The notes below the pieces were generated by a model. The model was given only the letters and a program-made list of their open reading frames with translations, was not told where the DNA came from and ran no database searches. A DNA stretch of 64,000 nucleotides from an uncultured bacterium (lineage in GTDB: Bacteria; Omnitrophota; Omnitrophia; Omnitrophales; Aquincolibacteriaceae). Of the stretch, positions 9,348 to 21,217 are shown piece after piece. Position 1 is the stretch's first letter, and the number at the start of each line of letters is the position of its first letter. The DNA is taken from NCBI GenBank assembly GCA_964606385.1, contig CAZSFZ010000007.1, positions 6,688 through 70,687 of the forward strand, read 5' to 3'. A program made the position numbers and the translations under genes.

Positions 9348-10565
9348 TTATCGCGATATGCGCCGGCTTTCTTCCGCTAATAACCGCTTCATGCGATTCA
9401 GATCCTCCAGAGCCGCTGAAAGCTCCTTGGGATTCCACTTATTGGGTTTGTTGGGTCTTGTGCCTTGGCTTAGTTTGCCCTTAACGCGCCTTAAAGCGCT
9501 CGAAGCATTTCCTCGCCAAGACGAATAAAATTTTATTCTTTTCTTCCATCGGTTGATGCTCGAAGCAATGTATCCGGCCAATCCTTTTTTCCGTAATCGC
9601 CCCAGCCGGGTAAAAATCTTTTGGCCCAAAGACGCCTTCCCAAGATTCTCTTCATAACAGCTCATCAGGCATCCCTGGCACCCTTTTCGATTAATGGCGG
9701 AAATGATTTCACTTCGCCGGGTGGAATTCCAAATATCTTTTAAGCTTTTTTCCTTCACGGAGCCCAGTAGGTGTTCAGGGCCGCTCAGGACCCAGCAGGG
9801 ATAGACTTCTCCTCTAGCATTAATGGGGCATGAAAGGTCTAAGGCGGGGCATTTTTTTGGATTGGCGCCTTTCTTTCCGGTCAGAGATCGGAACATTTCG
9901 TAAAGATACTTTTCAGGGTTGGTGCCAATGCCATACTCACAACAGGTTTCAATCACGTTGAAGATCGTCTGCTTAAAAAGCGGCGCGTCTTGGTCGGAAA
10001 GATAAAAGCTTTTTTCTTGTTTCCCCGGATCCAAAAACATCGGGTTGAATGGCTGCAGCTTAAATGCGGTGACGCCTTGTTGCTTGGCCAGCTCGATAAG
10101 ATATGGCAAGTGTTGAAAATTGCCGGCCGTCACAACGGTAGCGATCGTGGATTCGATCCCGTATTTTTTTAAATTCTTCAATGCCGTCAGGGCGCGGTCA
10201 AAGCTGCCTTTTCCCCTGAGCGCGTCATGCATTTCGCGAGGGCCTTCAACGGAAACGTTTACCACGTCCACGCCCGCACAAAGAAGCTCGTAAGCGCGTT
10301 TTTCATCGAGCAAAAGACCGTTGGTGGTGACGCAGGTCAGCATTTTTTGTTTCTTCGCGAAGGCGATGAGAGAAGCTAGATCGTCCCGCAGGAGCGGCTC
10401 CCCCCCGCTGAAAACGGCCGTCGTGGCGCCCACCGCAGCACCGTCTCGAATGACGTTTTCCCAGGTGCTCGTCCCCAGCTCTTCGGTGCTCGTTAACGGA
10501 ATGTCGCACATGCGGCACCGCAGATTGCAGCGGGTCGTGATGGAAAGAATAAGATCTTTAGGCAT
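9348..10565 (-). CDS. Radical-SAM/SPASM domain protein with a basic C-terminal tail. Paralogue of the gene at 6897-7910.
   Basis: SITTRCNLRCRMCDIPL, SGGEPLL, and a C-terminal Cys cluster CPALDLSCPINARGEVYPC...CQGCLMSC. Confidence 0.7.
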   Translation of the reverse strand: MPKDLILSITTRCNLRCRMCDIPLTSTEELGTSTWENVIRDGAAVGATTAVFSGGEPLLRDDLASLIAFAKKQKMLTCVTTNGLLLDEKRAYELLCAGVDVVNVSVEGPREMHDALRGKGSFDRALTALKNLKKYGIESTIATVVTAGNFQHLPYLIELAKQQGVTAFKLQPFNPMFLDPGKQEKSFYLSDQDAPLFKQTIFNVIETCCEYGIGTNPEKYLYEMFRSLTGKKGANPKKCPALDLSCPINARGEVYPCWVLSGPEHLLGSVKEKSLKDIWNSTRRSEIISAINRKGCQGCLMSCYEENLGKASLGQKIFTRLGRLRKKGLAGYIASSINRWKKRIKFYSSWRGNASSALRRVKGKLSQGTRPNKPNKWNPKELSAALEDLNRMKRLLAEESRRISR

Positions 10566-11730
10566 CGTGGGTCTTGGCCAAAAGCTCCTTCTCGTAATTC
10601 TCGATGACTCGCTGGGCCTCTCTTAAGAGCTCGGCGCGGTCTTCTCGGCCATGGATCTGTTTAAGAAAATTCTCCGCGATCCCCTGGAGAGAGTCCGATT
10701 CCGGATGGGCCCAACAGGTTTGCAGGCAGGGTTTTTGACATTGTTTCATGCCGGCCCTGGCCTTGCCGGCCTCGGCGCTTTCCAGGCACGCGTCCAGCCC
10801 GCCTTCCGCGATATTCCCAAAACTCGCCCCGCAGCTGCGGACTTCGCCGTCCGGACCGATATTGAGAAAAACAAAAGGATTGCACTTCCATTGTTTTTTT
10901 GTGAGAGCGCCCTTGAAGTGGTCGACCCAGAGATAAGGGTCGTGCAGAAAAGCCACCAGCCCGTGCTGTTTCTGGTATTCGACGATCCTGTCGATTTGAT
11001 GTTTTAAGGCGTCCACTTTTTCACCGCGGATCCAAAAAGGAGCGTTGGGGGAAGTGTTCTGCATATCGTCTTGAGCGACCACCACGGGATGATAGACCAA
11101 GCATTCCACCCCCAAACTCTTCGCCAGAGGGATCATATCGTAAAGCTCGTCCACGTTTTCCTTCATGATGGTGACCCAGGAGGAGATCTGAGGTCCGGCG
11201 CCGGCTTTCTTTTTTGCTTCCGCGAGGCGTTTTAAGGCGGTGGTTGCCTTGAGAAACGCCCCTTTTTGCCGTACGGCATCATGGGTTTTTTCTTGGCTTC
11301 CGTCCAGGGAAACAGCGATGTTTTGCAGTCCCGAGCAAACGATCTTTTGGGCGAGATCCTCGGTGATTAACGATCCATTCGAAACCGCCTCGGCTTTAAG
11401 TCCTTTGCGGACCGCGTGCCTGATCAGATCGAAGATGTCTTTACGGAGGAACGGCTCTCCTCCGGTAAAAAGCACCACGCAGTCCCGTCCCCAGGCCGCG
11501 ATCTCGTCGAGCGTTTTCATGACGCTTCCGGTTGAAAGCGAGTGCCCTTTGAGGATGTTGACCACGCCGCACATTTGGCATTTGAACGTGCACTCGTGGC
11601 TCAGGCTGATGTAGATCCAGTACGGCTTGGCAAAAAGGTGTCCCGACCGTTCGGAAAAGTGATATTCCAGGTTCTTTTTGAGCTCTTGCAGCGGGTCTGT
11701 TTTTAGATTCATTTTCCGGGATTCTTCCAT
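10558..11730 (-). CDS. Radical-SAM/SPASM domain protein. First gene of the operon.
   Basis: SLSHECTFKCQMCG, TGGEPFL, and a C-terminal cluster CNPFVFLNIGPDGEVRSCGA...CQKPCLQTC. The start is placed at MEESRKMNLK (11728-11730). The ORF extends upstream to 11790. Confidence 0.65.
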   Translation of the reverse strand: MEESRKMNLKTDPLQELKKNLEYHFSERSGHLFAKPYWIYISLSHECTFKCQMCGVVNILKGHSLSTGSVMKTLDEIAAWGRDCVVLFTGGEPFLRKDIFDLIRHAVRKGLKAEAVSNGSLITEDLAQKIVCSGLQNIAVSLDGSQEKTHDAVRQKGAFLKATTALKRLAEAKKKAGAGPQISSWVTIMKENVDELYDMIPLAKSLGVECLVYHPVVVAQDDMQNTSPNAPFWIRGEKVDALKHQIDRIVEYQKQHGLVAFLHDPYLWVDHFKGALTKKQWKCNPFVFLNIGPDGEVRSCGASFGNIAEGGLDACLESAEAGKARAGMKQCQKPCLQTCWAHPESDSLQGIAENFLKQIHGREDRAELLREAQRVIENYEKELLAKTHDA

Positions 11731-11845
11731 GGACAGTACTGCGTAGTTTACCCGCACTAAAATAAAAAAGCCATCGAGATTAACTCTCAATGGCGATTGA
11801 TTTTAGATCGTTCGAAGCTTCTGTTTTTACGGCTTCCCGAACTGC

Positions 11846-13003
11846 TTATCCTTTCACCGCCGCCAAGGGAGATAATTCCACCATAATTTCCACAAGGTCG
11901 GCCTGCTGCTTCATGACTTCAGCGATGTCTTTGTAAGCTCCCGGGGCTTCGTCAAGCTCGTGGGCGCTTCGGATGCCGTGGACAATGCCTTGAGCCTCCA
12001 TCTTCTGGATCTCCGCCTGAAGGTCCAGTGAGCGCCTCGCCTCTTTCCTTCCCATCTTTCTTCCCGCGCCGTGGGAACAAGACTCGAAGCTCTCGGGGTT
12101 GCCTTTTCCCGTCACAATATAGCTTTTTGCTCCCTGGGAACCCGGGATAATACCGGTCTCTCCCGCTTGGGCCGACGTCGCGCCCTTACGGTGCACCCAG
12201 ACCTCCTGGCCAAAATGACGCTCCTTTCGCGCGTAGTTGTGAGCGATATTGATGAGCGGTTCAAAAGAGCAGGCGATGTTCCGCGTAAAGCATTCCGCGA
12301 TCTGCTCCATCATGAGCTTTCTGTTCCCGAAGGCAAACTCCACGCAATAATTCATCTCACGGATATAGTCCTGCCCTTCCTCGCTTTGTTCCGGTAAATA
12401 GGCGAGCTGGTGAGCGGGAGAAACGGGTGAGCCCTGCTTCATATTGAGGGTGGACGCGATCCTGTTGTAATGGTCCGCAACTTGCTTTCCAAGATTCCGG
12501 CTCCCGCTATGGACCATCACCCAGACCGCTCCGTCAGAGCCTTTTTGGATCTCAATAAAGTGGTTTCCGCCGCCGAGCGTTCCGATCTGGAAGGTGGCGT
12601 GTCGATATTCCCTTTCGCATACCGCGCCTCTTTCAAATCGTTTTCCGGGCATATAGGCATTATCCTGCCGTTCTTTGTGGTGATTAAAACCGATAGGGAT
12701 GGCGGCGCGGATCTGCCCCATGATCTTTTTCAACGTTTCCCGATCTATGGTTTCCAGGCTGGAGCGCATGGCACACATTCCGCAGCCGATATCGACGCCC
12801 ACGGCGTTCGGAATGATCACGCCCTTGGCGGCCAGAACGCCTCCGATAGGCATGCCGTAACCCTGGTGGCTGTCGGGCATAACAGCAATGTGATGAAAAG
12901 CAAAAGGGAGGTTGGCGAGGTTCCGGAGCTGGCTCATCGCGCCTTCTTCGAGGTCCTCGAGCCACATCTTGATCGGGATCTTTTCAGTGCGGCAGGTCTT
13001 CAT
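11846..13003 (-). CDS. rtcB: RNA-splicing ligase RtcB (3'-phosphate/5'-OH RNA ligase).
   Basis: IPIKMWLEDL...FHHIAVMPDSHQGYGMPIGGVLAAKGVIIPNAVGVDIGCGM is colinear with E. coli RtcB. The ORF extends upstream to 13069. I put the start at the internal M of MKTCRTEK... Confidence 0.8.
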   Translation of the reverse strand: MKTCRTEKIPIKMWLEDLEEGAMSQLRNLANLPFAFHHIAVMPDSHQGYGMPIGGVLAAKGVIIPNAVGVDIGCGMCAMRSSLETIDRETLKKIMGQIRAAIPIGFNHHKERQDNAYMPGKRFERGAVCEREYRHATFQIGTLGGGNHFIEIQKGSDGAVWVMVHSGSRNLGKQVADHYNRIASTLNMKQGSPVSPAHQLAYLPEQSEEGQDYIREMNYCVEFAFGNRKLMMEQIAECFTRNIACSFEPLINIAHNYARKERHFGQEVWVHRKGATSAQAGETGIIPGSQGAKSYIVTGKGNPESFESCSHGAGRKMGRKEARRSLDLQAEIQKMEAQGIVHGIRSAHELDEAPGAYKDIAEVMKQQADLVEIMVELSPLAAVKG

Positions 13004-13090
13004 GCGACAGCCTTTCCAGAGCCTAAATTCCGCCTCCTGGGAGCATTCTAAGCCATCACAGCCCCTCAAACAACCCTTGTGCCCCGCCCC

Positions 13091-13855
13091 CTATTCGATC
13101 GAAAAGCTGGCGTTCACGACGGCTGTGACTTTCTTGCTAAGCGAGCTTGTGTCGTTCATGCCCCAGTCGGATATTTCCGTGGAGTTCACGGGCGTGATCT
13201 GAAAAACGCCCATTTTGGCCGAGCGCATGAACCCGATCCGGTTGCCCGTAGCCTGGACCATGTTCTCGGCCCGGAGCTTCGCGTTTTCTGTGGCTTTAGC
13301 GAGCATTTCCACCTTCAACTCGTCGAGCTTGGTGTAAAAATATTCGGGGCTCCCGGAATAAAACTCAATCCCCTCGTTAATAAGTCCCGTGGCTTCCCGT
13401 GAGATCCGCGCTATTTTCTCGACGTCGTTTGACCGAAGCTCGACGGTTTGACGGAGGCGGTAGCCCTCGATCGTATTCGTGTCGTTCCCCTTCTCGTTCT
13501 TTTGATAAAGCGTCTCGGTCGCGATCTGCTGAACAAGGATCTCCGGTTCCGGAATTCCCTGGGCGACAAGGTATTGTTTCACCTGAGCAAGATCGCCGCT
13601 CAGTTTCTGGTAAGCCGACGCCATGTCCGTTTCCCTCCGGGAAAAAGATCCGGTCCAGACCGCGTAGTCGCTTTGAATGTCTTTTTGCGCGGACCCCGTC
13701 ACGGTGATCTGCTCGCGCATGAATTTCGTGACCGACAAGAACCCTTTGGAAAAAATAAGGCTGGAGGCGATCGTGGCGCCGGCGATACATAGCCCGAGAA
13801 TGATGATCTGGGTGTTCTTAAGAAAATTCATTTTCTTTGACGGTTGTTCTTCCAT
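13091..13855 (-). CDS. SIMPL-domain protein (DUF541 / BP26-OMP28-like periplasmic protein).
   Basis: N-terminal TM/signal segment, about 250 aa, pattern typical of the SIMPL family (VTGSAQKDIQSDYAVWTGSF...). Family call is from memory. Confidence 0.5.
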   Translation of the reverse strand: MEEQPSKKMNFLKNTQIIILGLCIAGATIASSLIFSKGFLSVTKFMREQITVTGSAQKDIQSDYAVWTGSFSRRETDMASAYQKLSGDLAQVKQYLVAQGIPEPEILVQQIATETLYQKNEKGNDTNTIEGYRLRQTVELRSNDVEKIARISREATGLINEGIEFYSGSPEYFYTKLDELKVEMLAKATENAKLRAENMVQATGNRIGFMRSAKMGVFQITPVNSTEISDWGMNDTSSLSKKVTAVVNASFSIE

Positions 13856-14080
13856 GGCGGGACTCCTTCTCTTGTTGCGGGCGCTACGCGCGCGGGTTTG
13901 TGTGCTTGGATTTTCCTGCGGGTCCTGATTTTCAGCTTTCAGGCTGAGGGCTATCGTCCGTAGTCTGTGGTCTGAAACGGGCTCACTGGAACACTATTTA
14001 CGGCTGCGGGAGGCAAAACTGAATGTAGTAAAAACTAGCGTTTCGCATGGGAAAACGACGGTCGTTTTTCACAAGAACAA

Positions 14081-14173
14081 CGGAGGGGGGGGGATTTGAA
14101 CCCCCGGTACCTGCTTTCACAAGTACAGCGGTTTAGCAAACCGCCGCCTTAAGCCGGGCTCGGCCACCCCTCC
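14081..14173 (-). tRNA. tRNA-Ser, anticodon GCU, with a long variable arm.
   Basis: The reverse complement folds as acceptor GGAGGGG/CCCCTCC, T-arm GGGGG-TTCAAAT-CCCCC, anticodon stem GCGGT/ACCGC, and loop TTGCTAA. No CCA is encoded. Confidence 0.8.
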
Positions 14174-14280
14174 AAATGAGCATCTGCCTTACGGAGCCTG
14201 CGGCGTAGCTGTACGAGGTTTTCGCTAAATCTCGACGGCTACGTCGTCATGTTTTCAATAAAACCAGTATGAGAACATGG

Positions 14281-14368
14281 CGGAGAGGGCGAGATTCGAA
14301 CTCGCGAGGCCTTTTGGGCCTACCCGCTTTCCAGGCGAGCGCACTAGACCAGGCTATGCGACCTCTCC
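14281..14368 (-). tRNA. tRNA-Ser, anticodon GGA, with a long variable arm.
   Basis: The reverse complement has acceptor GGAGAGG/CCTCTCC, T-arm GCGAG-TTCGAAT-CTCGC, anticodon loop CTGGAAA, and variable-arm stem GGCC/GGCC. Confidence 0.8.
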
Positions 14369-14380
14369 AAATCTTTCGTT

Positions 14381-14417
14381 CCACGGGCCACGTTCGCCGG
14401 GCCGCGTGGGCCGTGGC
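14381..14417. repeat. GC-rich palindromic element CCACGGGCCACG...CGTGGGCCGTGG. Copy A of a three-copy intergenic family.
   Basis: Read directly from the sequence. Imperfect inverted repeat lying between the serS 3' end and tRNA-Ser(GGA). Confidence 0.5.
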
Positions 14418-14504
14418 GCGTGGTTCCTGGAGCGCGCGTCTTTTAGGCGCGGTAAAGTCTATTGATTTACGATTAATCGGTCAAGGAATGAAGCGGCCGC
14501 CGGC

Positions 14505-15776
14505 CTAAGCTAAATACGGCTGAAGCGCTTTCGGAAAAACGACTTTTCCGTTGGCATCCTGAAAATTTTCAAGAAGACAAAGAACGATCCGGGCCAGAGC
14601 CAGGCCGGAACCATTCAGCGTATGAACGAATTCCAGTTTTTTGGTCGCGGCGTTCCGGTAACGGATATTCATACGGCGGGCCTGGAAGTCCGTAAAGATG
14701 CTGCAGCTTGAAACCTCGAACCATTTTTGCGTCGCGGGCGCCCAGACTTCCAGGTCGTAGCATTTCGCGGCCGCAAAACTCATGTCGCCGCTCCCGAGCA
14801 GCACAACGCGATAAGGAAGTTCGAGCGCCTGCAGGACTTCTTCGGCGTCTTTCACGAGAGACTCCAGCTCCATCTCCGATCCTTCGGGTTTTACGAATTT
14901 CACCATCTCGACTTTGTCGAATTGGTGCACCCGGGAAAGGCCTCGCGTATCCTTGCCGTAGGAGCCCGCTTCTTTCCGGAAGCACGGGGTGTAGCCCGTG
15001 TATTTCACCGGCAGATCATTTTCTTCGATGGTCTCATCGCGCAAAAGATTCGTGATCGGGACTTCGGCGGTCGGGATGAGAAAATAAGATCCCTTTTCTT
15101 CGCCTTCCCCGGCGGCCAGGGCATACATGTCTTCTTCCATTTTGGGGATCTGCCCCGTCCCCCGCATGGAGGCGCGGTTCACGATGGCGGGGGCCCAGAC
15201 TTCTTGATAGCCGTGTTTTTTTACATGAAGATCGATCATAAAGCTGATGAGCGCCCGCTCCAGCCTGGCCCCTTCCCCGAAATATACTGGGAACCCCGCG
15301 CCCGTGATCTTGGCGCCCTTTTCCATAGAGAAAAGCCCCGCTTGCGCGGCCAGCTCAAGATGGTCTTTGGCTTTAAAACCGAACTTCCGAGGTTCGCCCC
15401 AGGTCCGGACTATTTTATTGCCTTCGGCGCCCTTTGCGACAGGAACATCTTTCAATGGTATATTTGGGATATTAAGGCTTATTTTTTCTATTTTTTCTGA
15501 TAATTCTCCCACTTTTATGTCAAATTCGGCTATTTTTTGGGAAACAGACTTCATTTCGGATATGATCTCATCGACTGGCTTGCCCTGCTTTTTAAGCTTG
15601 GCGACCTCATCGCTGACAGAGTTTCTCCGGGCTTTGAGCTCTTCGCTTTGCTTCAGGAGGGTCCTTTTTTCGAGGTCCAGGTCCAGGAGGGTCTGAAGGT
15701 CGACGGAAACGCCTTTGGCCGCAAGGCCCTGGGCGACCCCGTCGGGGTTTTCGCGGATCAATCTCAGGTCAAGCAC
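14505..15776 (-). CDS. serS: Seryl-tRNA synthetase.
   Basis: N-terminal coiled-coil MLDLRLIRENPD... and a class-II core. 423 aa. Confidence 0.9.
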   Translation of the reverse strand: MLDLRLIRENPDGVAQGLAAKGVSVDLQTLLDLDLEKRTLLKQSEELKARRNSVSDEVAKLKKQGKPVDEIISEMKSVSQKIAEFDIKVGELSEKIEKISLNIPNIPLKDVPVAKGAEGNKIVRTWGEPRKFGFKAKDHLELAAQAGLFSMEKGAKITGAGFPVYFGEGARLERALISFMIDLHVKKHGYQEVWAPAIVNRASMRGTGQIPKMEEDMYALAAGEGEEKGSYFLIPTAEVPITNLLRDETIEENDLPVKYTGYTPCFRKEAGSYGKDTRGLSRVHQFDKVEMVKFVKPEGSEMELESLVKDAEEVLQALELPYRVVLLGSGDMSFAAAKCYDLEVWAPATQKWFEVSSCSIFTDFQARRMNIRYRNAATKKLEFVHTLNGSGLALARIVLCLLENFQDANGKVVFPKALQPYLA

Positions 15777-15789
15777 GGGTCACAAGCTC

Positions 15790-18303
15790 CTATTTGGAAC
15801 TTTTCTTGGAAGCTTTTTCGCTCAAAAGCTCGAGCTGGCTTGAGTCGGACTCTTCTTCTTTGGCGACCACACGCGTAGCGGAGGCGATCTTGTCCTTGTC
15901 TTTCAGGCGCATGACATGCACCCCCACGGCGTTCCGTCCGGAAGTCCGGATCTGGCTGACCGGGCAGCGGACGACCATGCCGCTTGTTGTGACGATGATG
16001 ATCTCGTCTTCTTCGGCAACTGTGAGCACGTTCACGACCTTGCCGTTCTTTTCGGAGACCTTGATATTGATGATCCCCTTGCCTCCCCGCGACTGAATGC
16101 GGTACTGCGAAAAAAGCGTTTTCTTGCCGAAGCCGTTCTGGGTGATGGTAAGCGCCGTGGCCTTTGGGTTCACGATCTCGGCCGCGATCACCTCGTCGCC
16201 TTTGGCGAGGTTCACGCCGCGAACGCCCGTCGCGTTGCGGCCCATTTCGCGAACATTGTCTTCCTTGAAGCGGATCGCTTTACCGTTCCGGGTCGCGAGG
16301 AAGATCTCGTCCTTGCCGGAAGTGATCTTGCAGGACACGAGTTCGTCTTTGTCGCGCAGTGAAATGGCGTTGATGCCGGTCGAACGGGGCCTTGAATATT
16401 CGATCAGATTGGTTTTCTTGATCACGCCCTGCGCGGTCACCATGACCACGTACCGCTTGTCGTCGAACTCCTTCACCTGAAGGAATCCCGAAACTTGCTC
16501 GTTCGGCCCCAAGGAAAGGAAATTGACGATCGCCTTGCCTTTGGCTTGCCGCGACGCCTGCGGGATGTCATAGGCCTTGCGCCAATAGACGCGCCCCTGG
16601 TTCGTGAAAAACATGATGAAGTCATGGGTCGAAGCGAGGAACAAGTGCTCGATAAAATCCTCGTCGTCGCGCACGCCCGCGCCGGACACGCCGCTCCCGC
16701 CCCGGTTCTGGCGGCGGTACATGCTGACCGGAATGCGTTTGATATAACCCGCGTGCGAGATCGTGATCAACACGTCTTCCTGCGCGATCAGGTCTTCGAT
16801 GTCGATATCCCCTTCCGCGGCCACGATCTGGGTGCGTCGTTCATCCCCGTATTTTTTGAGGATCTCTTGCGTTTCTTCTTTGATGATCTCGAGGACTTTT
16901 TTACGGCTCTTCAGGATCGATTTGTAGTATTCGATCTTTTTGATGAGCTCGAGATATTCCTCGTCGATCTTCAGCCTTTCAAGCTGCGTGAGCCTCTGGA
17001 GCTGCAGTTCGAGAATGGCTTTGGCCTGGATGTCTGTGAGCTTGAGAGCTTTGATCAATCCTTCCTTGGCAAGCTCCGGGCTTTTGGCTGTGCGGATGAT
17101 CTTGATCACTTTGTCGATATTCGCGATGGCTTTTTTGTAGCCTTCGAGGATATGCGCCCGCTTCTCGGCCTTGTCGAGTTCAAAGCGCGTGCGGCGGACG
17201 ATGACCTCGGCCCGGTATTCGATGAACTTCTCGAGCATCTGCTTGATGTTCAGGATGCGCGGCTGCCCGTCTACGAGCGCGAGCATGATGCAGCCGAACG
17301 AGCTCTGCATCTGGGTGTGCTTGTAAAGATTGTTCAGGATCACCTGCGCCACAGCGTCCCGCTTAAGCTCGATCACGACGCGCATGCCATCGCGGTCCGA
17401 TTCGTCCCGGATGTCGGAAATGCCCTCGATCTTCTTGTCTTCCACGAGGCGAACGATCGATTCGATCAGGTTCGTTTTGTTCACCTGATAGGGGATCTCG
17501 GTAATGACGATCGCGTCCTTCTTATTGCGGCCGGTCTCGATCGCGGCCTTCGCGCGCATTACGACCTGCCCGCGTCCTGTTTCGTAGGCTTTCTTGATGC
17601 CGTCACGTCCAACGATCAGCGCTCCGGTCGGGAAATCGGGCCCCGTGATGATCTTGGAGATCTCTTTGACCGAAATTTCGGGATTATCGATCGTCGCGAT
17701 AATGGCGTTCACGACCTCCGTCATGTTGTGCGGCGGAATGTTGGTCGCCATCCCGACCGCGATCCCTGAGGAACCGTTCACCAGCAGGTTCGGGATCTTC
17801 GCGGGAAGGATCGAGGGCTCGGTCAGCGACTCGTCAAAGTTCGGCGTAAAATCAACGGTCTCTTTTTCGATGTCCGCGAGCAGTTCGCCCGCGACATTGG
17901 CGAGGCGCGCTTCCGTGTAACGCATGGCGGCCGCGTTATCGCCGTCGATCGAACCGAAGTTCCCTTGCCCTTCCACGAGCGGGTAGCGGAGCGAAAAGTC
18001 CTGCGCCATGCGGACAAGCGACTCATAAACCGCGGTGTCCCCGTGCGGGTGGTATTTCCCGAGCACTTCTCCGACGATACGGGCGGATTTCTTGTAAGGT
18101 TTATTGTGCGCGAGCCCGAGCTCGTTCATCGCAAAAAGAATGCGCCGGTGCACCGGCTTCAATCCGTCGCGGACATCGGGAAGCGCGCGGCCGACGATAA
18201 CCGACATCGAATAATCGATGTAGGAATCCTTCATTTCCTCTTCGATCGGCCTCGGCACGATCTTCTCGTTCATCGCGTATAAATTCTTCTGGGGTTCTGC
18301 CAT
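15790..18303 (-). CDS. gyrA: DNA gyrase subunit A.
   Basis: [27 protein letters not shown]...YHPHGD, followed by C-terminal beta-pinwheel repeats. 837 aa. Confidence 0.95.
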   Translation of the reverse strand: MAEPQKNLYAMNEKIVPRPIEEEMKDSYIDYSMSVIVGRALPDVRDGLKPVHRRILFAMNELGLAHNKPYKKSARIVGEVLGKYHPHGDTAVYESLVRMAQDFSLRYPLVEGQGNFGSIDGDNAAAMRYTEARLANVAGELLADIEKETVDFTPNFDESLTEPSILPAKIPNLLVNGSSGIAVGMATNIPPHNMTEVVNAIIATIDNPEISVKEISKIITGPDFPTGALIVGRDGIKKAYETGRGQVVMRAKAAIETGRNKKDAIVITEIPYQVNKTNLIESIVRLVEDKKIEGISDIRDESDRDGMRVVIELKRDAVAQVILNNLYKHTQMQSSFGCIMLALVDGQPRILNIKQMLEKFIEYRAEVIVRRTRFELDKAEKRAHILEGYKKAIANIDKVIKIIRTAKSPELAKEGLIKALKLTDIQAKAILELQLQRLTQLERLKIDEEYLELIKKIEYYKSILKSRKKVLEIIKEETQEILKKYGDERRTQIVAAEGDIDIEDLIAQEDVLITISHAGYIKRIPVSMYRRQNRGGSGVSGAGVRDDEDFIEHLFLASTHDFIMFFTNQGRVYWRKAYDIPQASRQAKGKAIVNFLSLGPNEQVSGFLQVKEFDDKRYVVMVTAQGVIKKTNLIEYSRPRSTGINAISLRDKDELVSCKITSGKDEIFLATRNGKAIRFKEDNVREMGRNATGVRGVNLAKGDEVIAAEIVNPKATALTITQNGFGKKTLFSQYRIQSRGGKGIINIKVSEKNGKVVNVLTVAEEDEIIIVTTSGMVVRCPVSQIRTSGRNAVGVHVMRLKDKDKIASATRVVAKEEESDSSQLELLSEKASKKSSK

Positions 18304-18328
18304 TTTTTGCGTTCCTTTTTATGCTTTA

Positions 18329-20896
<2,568 letters not shown>

Positions 20897-21184
20897 TTAT
20901 TTCCCGACCAGCACCCGAACCTCTTTAACTGCTTGTTCCCCGAGCGCCGCCTGCGCCCGTTTTAATAGCGATTGCCGGTATCGTTGGCTGATCTCGAACG
21001 CCAGGACGGAATCGCTCACGTGAACATACAGGATCCCTTTGGAGGAAAGCTGCGGTCTGGTTTTTTTTACAAGTTTTTCCCCTGCGATGCTTGGCCAGGA
21101 GTCTATCAACAAGCTCCGTTTTTGTTTTTCGGGGTCTTCAAAACCCCGGATCACCTTCGGAAGGATCGATCGAATCTCGTCCAT
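20897..21184 (-). CDS. dciA: DUF721 domain protein, likely DciA (replicative-helicase operator/loader). It sits where recF normally is.
   Basis: 95-aa protein between dnaN and gyrB. Its size and position match the DUF721/DciA family. Confidence 0.55.
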   Translation of the reverse strand: MDEIRSILPKVIRGFEDPEKQKRSLLIDSWPSIAGEKLVKKTRPQLSSKGILYVHVSDSVLAFEISQRYRQSLLKRAQAALGEQAVKEVRVLVGK

Positions 21185-21217
21185 GAAATACCGTTCTATT
21201 ATCGTCCTTTTTCGCCG

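Noticed and set aside
97-11845. Interpreting the radical-SAM operon as a RiPP (peptide natural product) cluster.
   Set aside because: No precursor-like short ORF is present. Intergenic gaps are 31 bp or less inside the operon, and the 115-bp upstream gap encodes at most a 5-aa peptide. GT2 and GT-C-like partners point to a glycan or lipid substrate instead. A precursor encoded elsewhere cannot be excluded.
16495-17769. Long plus-strand ORFs (e.g. 16495-17769, 19952-20965, 14727-15500) and long minus-strand ORFs (25275-26891, 30946-32331, 32729-34282, 40680-41861, 57647-58876, 61698-62882, 63139-63903).
   Set aside because: Each lies antisense to a well-supported conserved gene (gyrA, gyrB, serS, yidC/mnmG, SBP, GH94, KAS/bioF, murA, OMP, the partial lipoprotein). 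Their composition is Arg/Asp/Leu/Gly-rich, which is typical of antisense frames in GC-rich DNA.
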